Shown here: positions 24,851-36,967 of the stretch, piece after piece
How positions within the stretch are numbered: position 1 is the first letter of the stretch
How the letters are laid out: each line of letters starts with the position of its first letter
NCBI RefSeq assembly: GCF_006345805.1
Contig: NC_043006.1
Location: 101,122,001 to 101,186,000 of the forward strand
Source: Octopus sinensis
Taxonomy: Eukaryota
Direction of reading: 5' to 3'
Length of the DNA: 64,000 nucleotides
Notes under the pieces: generated by a model
Databases searched by the model: none
Told to the model about the DNA's origin: nothing
Seen by the model: only the letters and a program-made list of their open reading frames with translations
Made by a program: the position numbers and the translations under genes

Positions 24851-26137
24851 GATGGCCCTACTCAATCTGTAGCAAAGGCATAGGTAGAAACTCTATAACA
24901 TGTACCCAGTGTAAGCTATGGACACATAAGAGGTGCAGCAATATCAAAGGAAGGCTAACTGGGAAGATAGTTTTTGTATGTGGCAGATGCTCAGGTGCAA
25001 TAAACACTGAAAATGTGCAGAGAACAACTTCCGCCACATTCCAGGGAGAAAAACTACAAATAGTTGACAGCTTCCATTACCTAGGTGACCAAGTCAGTAG
25101 TCGGGGTGGATGCTCTGAAAGCGTAGCTGCTAGAATAAGAATAGCCTGGGCAAAGTTCAGAGAGCTCCTACCTCTGCTGGTGACAAAGGGCTTCTCGCTC
25201 AGAATAAAAGGTAAACTGTATGACAAAAGTGTACAAACAGCCATGCTATATGGCAGTGAAACATGGGCTGTGACTGCCAAGGACATGTGTAAGCTTGCAA
25301 GGAATGAAGCCAGTATGCTCTGCTGGATGTGTAATGTCAGTGTGCATACATGACTGAGTGTAAGTGCCTTGAGAGAAAAAGTTGGACCTAAGAAGCTTCA
25401 GATGTGGTGTGCAAGAGAGATGACTGCACTGGTACAGTCATGTGGTGAGAATGGATGAGGATAGCCATGTGAAAAAGTGTCACACCCTAGCGCTTCAGGG
25501 AATCTGTGGAAGAGGTAGACCCAGGAAGAGACCATAACCCGTGGCCTATGCCAGTGGTGTAACCAGCCCACCTATGCATACCTTTCTTTCATTGAACACT
25601 AAACTCTCCTTGCGAAGACCTGTTGAGGCATGTGAAATCGAAAACATATTCACAGACGTGGCCGATGACAGCACTGCTTGACTGGCATCCCTGCTAGTGG
25701 AACATTAAGAGCACCATCCAAGCATTATCGTTGCCAGAGCTGCTGACTGGCCCCCATGCCAGTGGCACGTAATAAGCACCATTCAAGCATGATCGTTACC
25801 TGCATCGCCTTACTGGCACTTGTGCCAGTGACACATGATAAAACAGCATTCGAGTTAGGTCATCGCCAGTTCCACCACACTGGATCCTGTGCCGGTGGCA
25901 CATAAAAAGCACCATTCAAGTGAGGTCATTGCCAGTACCACCTGACTGGCCCTCATGCAGGTGGCATGTAAAAGCACCCACTACACTCTCGGAGTGGTTG
26001 GCGTTAGGAAGGGCATCAAGCTGTAGAAACTCTGCCAAATTGGATTGGAGCCTGGTGCAATCATCTGGCTCACCAGCCCTCAGTCAAACCATCCAACCCC
26101 TGCCAGCATGGAAAGTGGACGTTAAACGATGATGATG
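24851..26137 (+). mobile_element. 5'-truncated RTE LINE (PHD family) with tandem-repeat 3' UTR and (GAT)n tail
   Basis: WPYSICSKGIGRNSITCTQCKLWTHKRCSNIKGRLTGKIVFVCGRC...YLGD...MLYGSETW. About five units with GTGCCGGTGGCAC-like hairpins. Tail GGACGTTAAACGATGATGATG. Confidence 0.9.
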
Positions 26138-26467
26138 AATATATAACATTTATATATAAGTAAAGGTAATATCCAAAGATCAAGGTGTATGAAGGTATGA
26201 AAAAAACAACTTTCAGAAACAATAGTGGTTTATTCACATAGAAGGTTGTAAGTTCCACAAGCTGAAAAAATTGCTTTATAGCTTACAGTTAGCAGGGGTT
26301 GCTGTGTATGCAAATAGAAATAATATATAATGTTGTTACTACTTGCTACTACCTATATTTTTGTTGTTGTTATTATCAATTATTTAAATTTACCGCTGAT
26401 AATGGTAATAAAAATACCTATATAATAAATATTCATTTGAATATTTACTCATATATATGTATATATA

Positions 26468-26509
<42 letters not shown>

Positions 26510-26599
26510 TCATGGAAACAACCTTGGTGGCTATACCAGAAAAAGGAGCTATTTTTAGCACTAGAGTTAACCACTTAGCGGTAACTCTCTTGTATTTAA

Positions 26600-26652
<53 letters not shown>

Positions 26653-27487
26653 GAAAAACAACATGTTTTAAATCTCTGAGCAAGAGAAATACAGAAACAG
26701 TATCAAATAGTAATGTTTATATGCCAACATAACGTGGCAGTCCTATTTACTATAACCTTGGGCTAACCAAAGCCTTGTGAGGGGTTTTGGTAGATGGAAA
26801 CTAAAAGAAGCCTGTTGTGTGTGTGTGTGTGTGTGTGTGTGTGTCTCCCCATGTTATGTTGGCATGTAAAGATTACTATCCGGTACTGTTACTGTATTTC
26901 TCTCACTCAGAGATTTAAAACATGTTGTTTTTCTCAATATGAGATCAGTGACTGTGCGTCACTTAAAGAATGTGTAGTATTAGCAAGTAGAGATGTCTTT
27001 CATCACTAGCTGGTGATTGCCTCACAATGAGGATGGATAACATCCAGAAACCTAGGTCTGTGAGTATCACGTAAGTCTAGAGATGGGGGCGAGGACCTCC
27101 CTTGCAAATGCTATATGTCAATAGCCAGCTGGAAAAGATGTTTTCCTGGGACTAAAACAACAGTAAAGTCATCCTTTATAGGACTACACGTTATGTTGGC
27201 ATATAAACATTACTATATATGTGTGTGTGTATGTATGTATAAAGACACACACACAGATAGATGACAGGATTTCTATACAATTTTCATCCAGCAAAGTGAC
27301 TCACAAGGAATACATCCTGGAGCCATAGAATAAGACACTTGCTCAAGATGCCACAGAGTGGAATTGAACTGAAGGTCATATGGCTGCAGAGTAAATTTCT
27401 TAAACACTGTAATACCTGTATATACAATGATAGTATCAAAAATTCACTGCATACTTATCTTGCCCCTTGTAGCACACCTATATGTTG

Positions 27488-27704
27488 CAGAGGGTGCTGA
27501 AAAGTCCCTGCCTTTAAGGGTATCATGAAAGGCTTGGTTGGAGGTCCGAACTTTTGAGTTCTTTTACAGGGCTCAGAAAAATGAAGGGCCACTGCAATAA
27601 ATGTGTGAATCTGAGAGGGGAATATATTGAATAAAATCATAAATAAATGATCCTTGTGTATTTTCTTTTACCCAAAGCCAAGAACTTTTCAACACACTCT
27701 TGTA
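27488..27704 (+). mobile_element. Internally deleted mariner-type DNA transposon
   Basis: Imperfect TIRs GGGTGCTGAAAAGTCCCTG and CAAGAACTTTTCAACACAC; transposase C-terminus CNKCVNLRGEYIE* from 27593. Confidence 0.7.
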
Positions 27705-28641
27705 TATGAGACCATTTGATTTATACCATGGAATTATTAATACTAGCACAAGAATGATGGTTATACCATTCAATCAATACATCACTTTCTTCTTATATTT
27801 CTTTAACTCCTTCCAGTAGTAGGGTAGTCTTTTGCTATTAATCTAAGATGAAATTTAGTCGCCTGGTCGAAGAATTCTACTGCATGTCAGATGTTAGTTT
27901 CAACCTAACCAAGCAGTATATCACCAGCATGAAAGATAATTTATCCATTGAAGAAATATATTAAAGTTTCCCCATGAAATATTTAATATTTTGAACACTC
28001 CAATAAAATATTTATAAAGCCAAGGAAGCCAAGCTGCTGACCGGCCATATGTTTATAAGTTTAAAACCTTATTACTGCCCTTAGTAAGGCATGTAACTCT
28101 GGATGTTCCTTTTTGCCTGACTTAACAGCAATGGATATGAATTTTAGTTTACAGTTGAACAGCTAGTGGGAGAAAGGGTATTCAACTGTGAAAGCAATTT
28201 CTTCAATAATCCATCTATGTAAATATAGAACAATGAATATGAAGAATATCAAGAAAAAATATTTCACGGCAGAGTTTGTTTCCTTTGGTACGCAAAGGAA
28301 AATTAGATTGTTTGTATCCTCTGCAAGTTATATACTTCTTCCACCAAAATAGATGAGCTGACAATAGAACATTCAAACCTGTAGTCCTAGATAAATTATG
28401 CCTGAAAAATAAACAAAATAAAAGGACAAGTAAACATGAATGGTCATTGTGAGATCATTAATCATACATAAATTTCATCAAGGATGACTTAAGAAGAGAT
28501 TTTAATACCATGAAGTCTGACAGCTTAACTGAAGGAAAATTGAAGTTGACACATTCATGCCTTTTCTAAGTAGATTAATGAAGCAAATTATTGCTGTTTA
28601 ACCCTGGGTTAGATTTTATTCTTTTATTTTCTTTTTTTTTT

Positions 28642-29042
28642 CTTTTACTTGTTTCAGTCATTTGACTGCGGCCATGCTGGAGCACCACCTTTTGTCGAGC
28701 AAATCGACCCCGTGACTTATTCTTTGTAAGCTCAGTACTTATTCTATCAGTCTCTTTTGCTGAACTGCTAAGTGACGGGGACGTAAACACACCAGCATCG
28801 GTTGTCAAGCAATGCTAGGGAGACAAACACACATACACAAACATATACACACACACATATATATATTTATACATATATACGACAGGCTTCTTTCAGTTTC
28901 CGTCTACCAAATCCACTCACAAGGCATTGGTCGGCCCGGGGCTATAGTAGAAGACACTTGCCCAAGATACCACGCAGTGGGACTGAACCCGGAACCATGT
29001 GGTTGGTAAGCAAGCTACTTACCACACAGCCACTCCTGCGCC
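28642..29042 (-). mobile_element. SINE A, full length
   Basis: Reverse complement of the consensus. Confidence 0.92.
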
Positions 29043-30445
29043 TACTGTTTTTCTTTTTTTATTTATTATTTATTTATTCATTTATTCTGCCAAAATCTGA
29101 AAGGTGTGATTTGAAAGTAACAAATTGGCATTTGTTCTGATTCTCTGTGCTACAAGTTCAAATGTTGTTGAGGTCAACTTTGCCTTTCACCGTCCCAGGG
29201 TTGATTAAAAGAATGTTCCAGTCTGGTGCTGGGGATTTAGCTAAATTCTTCAAACATCAGATGGGATGCCTTGTGGTGTCTCTTCTGGTCTTTTACATTC
29301 AAAAAGCAATACCTTTGATAACACTGGTACCAAACTTCATCATCCTCACCTTCAGGCATGCATGAACTGACAACTTCTGGTCATTCATTAAAAAAAACTT
29401 TGTCCAGGACATTTACTAGGAGAGAAACTTTCCAGGTGCTGAAAACGATGGCCAGTTATGACCAAAGGCCCTAGATGAGGTGGATTTAAGAAAGATTTGG
29501 TTTTATTTCTTGGCAATTGACTAACCACTCTGAGAATCCCTCATTGACCCTTCAATTAAATAGGAGACAATCTAGTCCTTTGAATTTCATTTGTGATCTT
29601 TAGATCTTTTTTTTTTTCAGCAAGATTATTTAGGAAAATGGATTCAAGGATTAGCTTTGTGGGAACAAGTATTTTTACAGCAGGATCATGGCTTTCTTAT
29701 CTTTTGTTACTCAAACATACAACATGTTTTGAGAATATGTTTTGAGGAATTCAGGTGGAAATGGAGCAAGTAGAATTATGAGCTTCAGTTAACTCACAAC
29801 AGCTGAAATAGTAACAGAGAACTGAACCAAAAATCTTGAGATTAGCAGTCTGAAATTTTATGCACATGGTTTTTGCATTTCTCTGGCACAATTTAAACAT
29901 TTGCTGTGGCTTTGAGTCGAGCAGAATAGTTACCTCTTCTTTTGCTTGACTAGAATAATTCAGGTTTTGGCACAGGGCCAGCTGTTTTGGAGTTGAGGAG
30001 AGGGAAGTCAATTACATCGACCCCAGTATTTGAATGGTACTTGTTTTATCAACTCCTGAAAGGATGAAAGGCAAAGACAGCCTCAACAGAATTGAATCTC
30101 AGAATGTATAGAAGGACAAAATATTGCTGAAGTTTTTGCCCAACATGCTAATGCTTCTGCCTGCTCAGCACCTTAACTAGAAGAATTAATAATCATTTCT
30201 AGCATGGTAACAGATACGAGGCAAAGGTACAATCAATTATATCAACCCCAGTTCTTGACTAGTACTTTATTTTATTGACACCCTGAAGAATGAACTCTGA
30301 AAAGTAACATTAACCATAGGATGATTGAAGGACAAAAGAACCTGATTCAATATAAAAGGACAAAGCTAGATACTGCCAGACATTTTATCCTCCTTGTCTT
30401 CTGTTATGATTTAATTTACATCTAGCATGACTTTATAGGAGTATT

Positions 30446-30659
30446 CTTTTCTACTCTAGGAACAAGGCCTGAAATTTGGGTGGGGTGGGACAGTCGACTA
30501 GATCGACCCCAGTATGCAACTGGTACTTAATTTATTTACCCTGAAAGGATGAAAGGCAAAGTTGACCTCGGGGGAATTTGAACTCAGAATGTAAAGACAG
30601 ACAAAATACTGCTAAGCATTTCACCTGGTGTGCTAACATTTCTGCCAGCTTACCACTTT
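30446..30659 (-). mobile_element. SINE B (variant tail) with a 16-bp target-site duplication
   Basis: ACTTTATAGGAGTATT at 30430-30445 and 30660-30675. Confidence 0.9.
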
Positions 30660-31600
30660 ACTTTATAGGAGTATTAAAATGATACCAGTACTTGAATGGT
30701 ATTCTATTTTATCAGCTCCAGGCTAACGGTGGACAAAGTTGACATCAGCAGAATTTGAACTCAAACGTCTTCATAGGCTGTTGTTATAATTCCATTTACA
30801 TCAAGCCTGGTTTTATAGAAACTTAAAATTGACTTCAATAAATGACTAGAATTTTACTTTATCAATTCCAGGAGAAGAGGGAGCATAACTGACATCAGTG
30901 GTATTTGAATATGAGCATTTTAGTCTCATCGTTATCATTTAAGATCCATTTTCCATGCTTGTATGGGTTAAACGGTTTGGCAAGACCTGGCCATCCAGAG
31001 GACGATGCCAAGCTCTACTGTCAGCTTTGGCATATTTCTGCAGCTGGATACCCTTCTTAATGCCAAGCATTTTACAAAGTGTACTGGGAGCTTTTATCAT
31101 AGTGCCAACACTGATGGAGGTCTCCAAGTAACTTGCAAGACAATGACCCCTTGACTGGAAGGGGGAACAGTATTGGGTGGTTTTGTGCCAGTTGATGAAA
31201 GCTTAGAAAGCATAATTGAGAGATATAGACGTTTTCCCTATCCTTCCATTATACTTTTTAATCTCTCAACTGACACAAAACCCATCCCTTAATACTGCTC
31301 CCCCTCCCAGTCTAGGAGTCTTCGTTTTGTAAGTGACTTGGTGACTTGCTGGTCCCATAAAAAAATAAATTCACATCTAGCATGACATGACTGGAATATT
31401 AAATTAATAATCAGTACTTGGCTGGTATTTTATTTTATCAATGCAAGAATGAGGAAAAACAGACTTGACATCAGCCAGATTTGAACTCAAAAGTTTTCTT
31501 TGTTTTTATCTATTATAATTCCATTTACATCTAGCATGACTTCATAGGAATATTAGATTGATCCTTAGGGCAGCGAGGTGGCAGAATAGTTAGCATACCA

Positions 31601-32114
31601 AGCAAATTGCTCAGTGGCATTTTTCTGTCTTCAGGAGCTGAATTCAAATTCCACCAAGGTCGACTTTGCCTTTCATCTTTTCAGGGTCGATAAACTAAGT
31701 ACCTGTTGAATACTGGGAGTTAATATAAGACATTCCTTCGATATAACTCGACAAAATCAAAACATTTCACTTCAAGTATTTCCTTGGGTTGTGGAGTATA
31801 GATATAACGAAATTATGCCAGCAATGTCTCGTTTTAAACTTGAACGAAAGCCTGGCATATTTGTTCTTAGCTGTTTCATGTGTGTATGTGTAAAATTTGC
31901 AAATTTCCAACCAGAAAATAGAATTGAACTGCCATTTGCTTCCATGGAAATACCCAAAGTGAAATGTTTTGATTTTGTCGAGTTATATCGAAGGAATGTC
32001 TTATATTATCCTCAGTATTCAACAGGTACTTAGTTTATCGACCAAGGCAAAGTCAACCTTGGTGGAATTTGAATTCAGCTTGTGAAGAGAGAAAAGTGCC
32101 TCTGAGCATTTTGC
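31601..32114. repeat. Long inverted repeat (arms about 180 bp, spacer about 155 bp), partly SINE B-derived
   Basis: 31721-31772 and 31957-32008 are perfect 52-bp reverse complements; flanking SINE B parts are also inverted. Confidence 0.92.
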
Positions 32115-32947
32115 AAGTTATATCGAAGAAATGCCTGATACAATCAACTGGCCCCCTCCCCTGTAATTGCTGGCCTTGTGCCAAAATGTGAAACTGATAC
32201 TAAATTAATCCTAGTTTTTGAATGGTAACCTCAAAAGAGTTGAAGACAAGCTGACATCAAGAGGATTTGAACTCTGCGTATAAAGGGCCATACAAAGATA
32301 TCAACAATTTTGTGCAATACTCTACCAATTCTGCTAATACACTGCCTTTAATAGAATAACTAGCAATAAATATAACGGTTGGTAGTTGGAAGAATCTGGA
32401 GAGCACTAGATGAAATATCTTATGGTAGTTACTTATGCATTCAATCATTTTCTCTTTTATATTTTTTCGTCATAACTTGGACATTTTTGCACAGTAATGG
32501 AAATATATCAAAGGAAAATTAGAAAAAGAGAGAGACCCTGATGGAAATAAATTCGTAAATATTCATAATACAAAACTTTTGAAGGTGCTACCACATAAAT
32601 AATATTTTATAATAAGAATACTTTTTTTTCATTATTTATCTGAATAAATCTATCTAGGACTTGAAATGTTATAAACTATGAAGAAAAAAAAATGTTTAAA
32701 GAATCTGATTGAAATAACCAACATCTTTTGTTGACCCAGAAATATTAGTAACATCAGAATAGTGCAATAAAATATGTAATTCCATATGACATATATATTT
32801 ATGTGTGTGTGTGTGTGTAGTGTGTGTATGTGTGTGTTATTAGATAATTTACATTACATGCATATATATATATATATATATATATAATCATCATTTAATG
32901 TCCCTTGTGTGTGTGTATATATATACATACAAACATATATGTGTATG

Positions 32948-33030
<83 letters not shown>

Positions 33031-33376
33031 ATACATACACATATATATGTTTGTATGTATATATATACATACACATTTGTTTGTATGTATATATATATAT
33101 ATATGTATGTATGTGTATATAATCACAAATGGTATCAGCTACATTCCTGCTTCACCTGGCTGGCATCTCCAGCTGTCACTGAAATCAGAAGGCCAAAATT
33201 CATATGTTATTGTCACCATTTATGACATAGAAAACATTTATTTGACTCTACCTTTCATATTGAGTTCTATATCTGATAATGTTTTATCAATGCAAAACAT
33301 ATATCCATTAGTTTATCCATTTAAGTTATAAACACCCAGACATTGCAATATATATTATATACATACATATACACAC

Positions 33377-33423
<47 letters not shown>

Positions 33424-33425
<2 letters not shown>

Positions 33426-33846
33426 CTCTTTCTACTCTCTTTTACTCTTTTACTTGTTTCAGTCATTTGACTGTGGCCATGCTGGAGCACTGCCTTTAGT
33501 CAAGCAAATTGACCCCAGGACTTATTCTTTGTAAGCCTAGTACTTATTCTATCAGTCTCTTTTTGCTGAACCGCTAAGTTACGGGGACGTAAACACACCA
33601 CCATCGGTTGTCAAGCAATGTTGGGGGGGGACGGGACAAACACAGACACACAAACATATACACACATACATATAAATACATATATACGACGGGCTTCCAA
33701 TTTTCCTCAACCAAATCCACTCACAGGGCTTTGGTCAGCCTGAGGCTATAGTAGAAGACACTTGCCCATGGTGCCACGCAGTGGGAATGAACCCAGACCC
33801 ATGTGGTTGGTAAGCAAGCTACTTACCACACAGCCACTCCTGCGCC
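33424..33846 (-). mobile_element. SINE A, full length
   Basis: Reverse complement of the consensus. Confidence 0.9.
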
Positions 33847-33868
33847 TTATATATATATATGTACAAGT

Positions 33869-33929
<61 letters not shown>

Positions 33930-33930
<1 letters not shown>

Positions 33931-34303
33931 CGTGGCCGTTTGCCAGACTCATCTGGCACCACCATCCGTTCATGACCGTTGCCAGCGCCACCCCGACTGG
34001 CTTCGTGCCGGTGGCACGTAAAAAGCACCATCCGATCGTGGCCGTTGCCAGCCTCGCCTGGCCCCGTGCCGGTGGCACGTAAAAAGCACCATCCATCCGT
34101 GGCTGTTTGCCAACTCTGTCTGGCACCTGTGCGGGTGGCACGTAAAAAGCACCCACTACACTCACGGAGTGGTTGGCATTAGGTAGGGCATCCAGCCGTA
34201 GAAACACTGCCAGATCAGACTGGGCCTGATGCAGCCTTCTGGCTTCACAGACCCCAGTTGAACCGTCCAACCCATGCTAGCATGGAAAGCGGACTCTAAA
34301 TGA
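33930..34303 (+). mobile_element. 5'-truncated RTE 3' UTR copy, tail-to-tail with the long RTE
   Basis: Three GTGCCGGTGGCACGTAAAAAGCACC-type units, then the standard RTE 3' end. Confidence 0.9.
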
Positions 34304-34457
34304 TTTAACGTCCGCTTTCCATGCTAGCATGGGTTGGACGGTTCAACTGGGTCTGGGGAGCCCGAAAGCTGCACCAGTCCAGTCAGATCTGGCAGTGTTT
34401 CTACAGCTGGATGCCCTTCCTAACGCCAACCACTCCGAGAGTGTAGTGGGTGATTTT

Positions 34458-36960
34458 ATGTGCCACCGACAAGGTGCCAGACGAGGCTGACAAACGGCCA
34501 TGCTCGGATGGTGTTTTTTTTATGTGCCACCGACACAGGTGCCAGACGAGGCTGGCAGACGGCCACGCTCGGATGGTGTTTTTTATGTGCCACCGACACA
34601 GGTGCCAGACGAGGCTGGCAGACGGCCACGCTCGGATGGTTTTTTATGTGCCACCGACACAGGTGCCAGACGAGGCTGGCAGACGGCCACGCTCGGATGA
34701 TGGTGTTTTTTATGTGCCACCGACACAGGTGCCAGATGAGGCTGGCAAACGGCCACGATCGGATGGTGCTTGTTACGTGCCCACAGCACGGAGGCCAGTC
34801 GATGCGGTACTGGCTACGGCCACGTTCGGATGTTTTTCTTATGTGCCACGTGCCACCGGCACTGTACCACAAAGATACAATTCCATTGATGTTCATCTAT
34901 TTTGATTTGTTTTGATTTGATTTGATTTGATTTTCACTTGCCTCAACAGGTCTTCACAAGTGTCACAGAAGGAAGGTATGCACAGGTGGACTGACTACGT
35001 CCCAGGTAGGGGCCATGGGGGTTATGCCTGACTAGTTTTGCCGGGTCTTCGGGGTGGTGTTTTTTATGTGCCACCGACACAGGTGCTAGATGAGGCTGGC
35101 GAACGGCCATGATCGGATGGGTTTTGTCATGTGCCCACCGCACTGACTACGGCACTGATGGATTCTTGTGTGCCACAGGCACTGGTACCACAAGATACAA
35201 ATTCCATTGATGGTTCATCTATTTTGTCTATTTTGATTTGATTTGATTTGATTTTTTTTTGATTTTCACTTGCCTCAACCGGTCTTCACAAGTGTCACAA
35301 GAAGGAAGGAAGGTATGCACAGGTGGACTGACTAGTCTTGCCGGGTCTTCGGAAGGTTTTTTATGTGCCACCGACACAGGTGCCAGATGAGGCTGGCGAA
35401 CGGCCATGATCGGATGGTGTTTGTTACGTGCCCACAGCACGGAGGCCGGTCGATGCGGAACTGGCTACGGCCACGTTCGGATGGTTCTTATGTGTGCCAC
35501 CGGCACTGGTACCACAAAGTGTGTGCCACCGGCACTGGTACCACAAAGATACAGATTCCATTGATGTTCATCTATTTTGATTTGTTTTGATTGATTTTCA
35601 CTTGCCTCAACAGGTCTTCACAGTGTCACAAGAAGGAAGGTATGCACAGGTGGACTGACTACGTCCCAGGTAGGGGCCATGGGTTATAGCCTGACTAGTC
35701 TTGCCGGGTTTCGGATGGTGTTATTTTATGTGCCACCGACACAGGTGCTCTAGATGGCTGGCGAACGGCCACGATCGGATGGTGTTTGTCATGTGCCCAC
35801 AGAACGGAGGCCAGTCGATGCGGTACTGGCTACGGCCACTTTCGGATCGTTTTCTCTTGTGTGCCACCGGCACTGGTACCACAAAGATACAAATTCCATT
35901 GATGTTCATCTATTTTGATTTGTTTTGATTTGAGTTTGATTTGATTTTCACTTGCCTCAACAGGCTTTGATTTTCACTTGCCTCAACAGGCCTTCACAAG
36001 TATCACAAGGAGGAAGGTATGCACAGGTGGACTGACTACGTCCCAGGTAGGGGCCATGGTTTATGACCTGACTAGTCTTGCCGGGTCTTCGGAAGGTGTT
36101 TTTATGTGCCACCGACACAGGTGCTAGATGAGGCTGGCGAACGGCCACGACCGGATGGTGTTTGTTATGTGCCCACAGCACGATGGCCAGTGATGCGGTA
36201 CTGACTACGGCCATGTCGGATGGATTCTTGTGTGCCACCGGCACTGGTACCACAAGCGGTACTGACTACTTTTTATGTGCCACCGACACAGGGCTAGATG
36301 AGGCTGGCGAACGGCCACGACCGGATGGTGTTTGTTATGTGCCCACAGCACGATGGCCAGTGATGCGATACTGACTACGGCCACGTTCGGATGGATTCTT
36401 GTGTGCCACCGGCACTGGTACCACAAGCGGTACTGACTACGGCCACGTTCGGATGGATTCTTGTGTGCCACCGGCACTGGTACCACAAGCGGTACTGACT
36501 ACGGCCACGTTCGGATGGATTCTTGTGTGCCACTGGCACTGGTACCACAAGGATACAAATTCCATTGATGTTCATCTATTTTGATTTGTTTTGATTTGAT
36601 TTGATTTTCACTTGCCTCAGCAGGTCTCACAAGTCGGAAGGTATGTACAGGTGGACTGAACTACGTCCCAGGTAGGCCCACGGGTTATGACCTGTCTAGT
36701 CTTGCGGGGTTTCGGATGGTGTTTTTATGTGCCACCATGTTCCCACAGCACGGAGGCCAGTCGATGCGGTACTGGCTACGGCCACGTTCGGATGGTTTTC
36801 TTGTGTGCCACAGGCACTGGTACCACAAAGATACAAATTCCATTGATGTTCATCTATTTTGATTGATTTTCACTTGCCTCAGCAGGTCTTCACAAGTGTC
36901 ACAAGAAGGAAGGTATGCACAGGTGGATCGACTACGTCCCTGGTAGGGGCCACGGGATAT
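34458..36960. repeat. Higher-order tandem array inside the RTE 3' UTR
   Basis: About 60-bp units (34458-34760) nested in six larger units, each marked once by CCATTGATG.TTCATCTATTTTG and GGAAGGTATG(C/T)ACAGGTGGA. Confidence 0.93.
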
Positions 36961-36967
36961 GGCCTGA

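Noticed and set aside
25680-25990. Repeat-spacer pattern with palindromic repeats resembling a CRISPR array (also 33930-34150, 34458-34760)
   Set aside because: Eukaryotic context, no cas genes, the spacers are homologous to each other, and the array lies in an RTE 3' UTR.
27800-28430. Unique region with a strong minus-strand acceptor (TTTTGTTTATTTTTCAG, exon start about 28402)
   Set aside because: The open frame after it (about 60 codons) has no recognisable motif and I found no convincing donor. It could be a non-coding or UTR exon; RNA-seq is needed.
33130-33330. Possible small exon between microsatellites
   Set aside because: Splice signals are weak and the peptide is unrecognisable.
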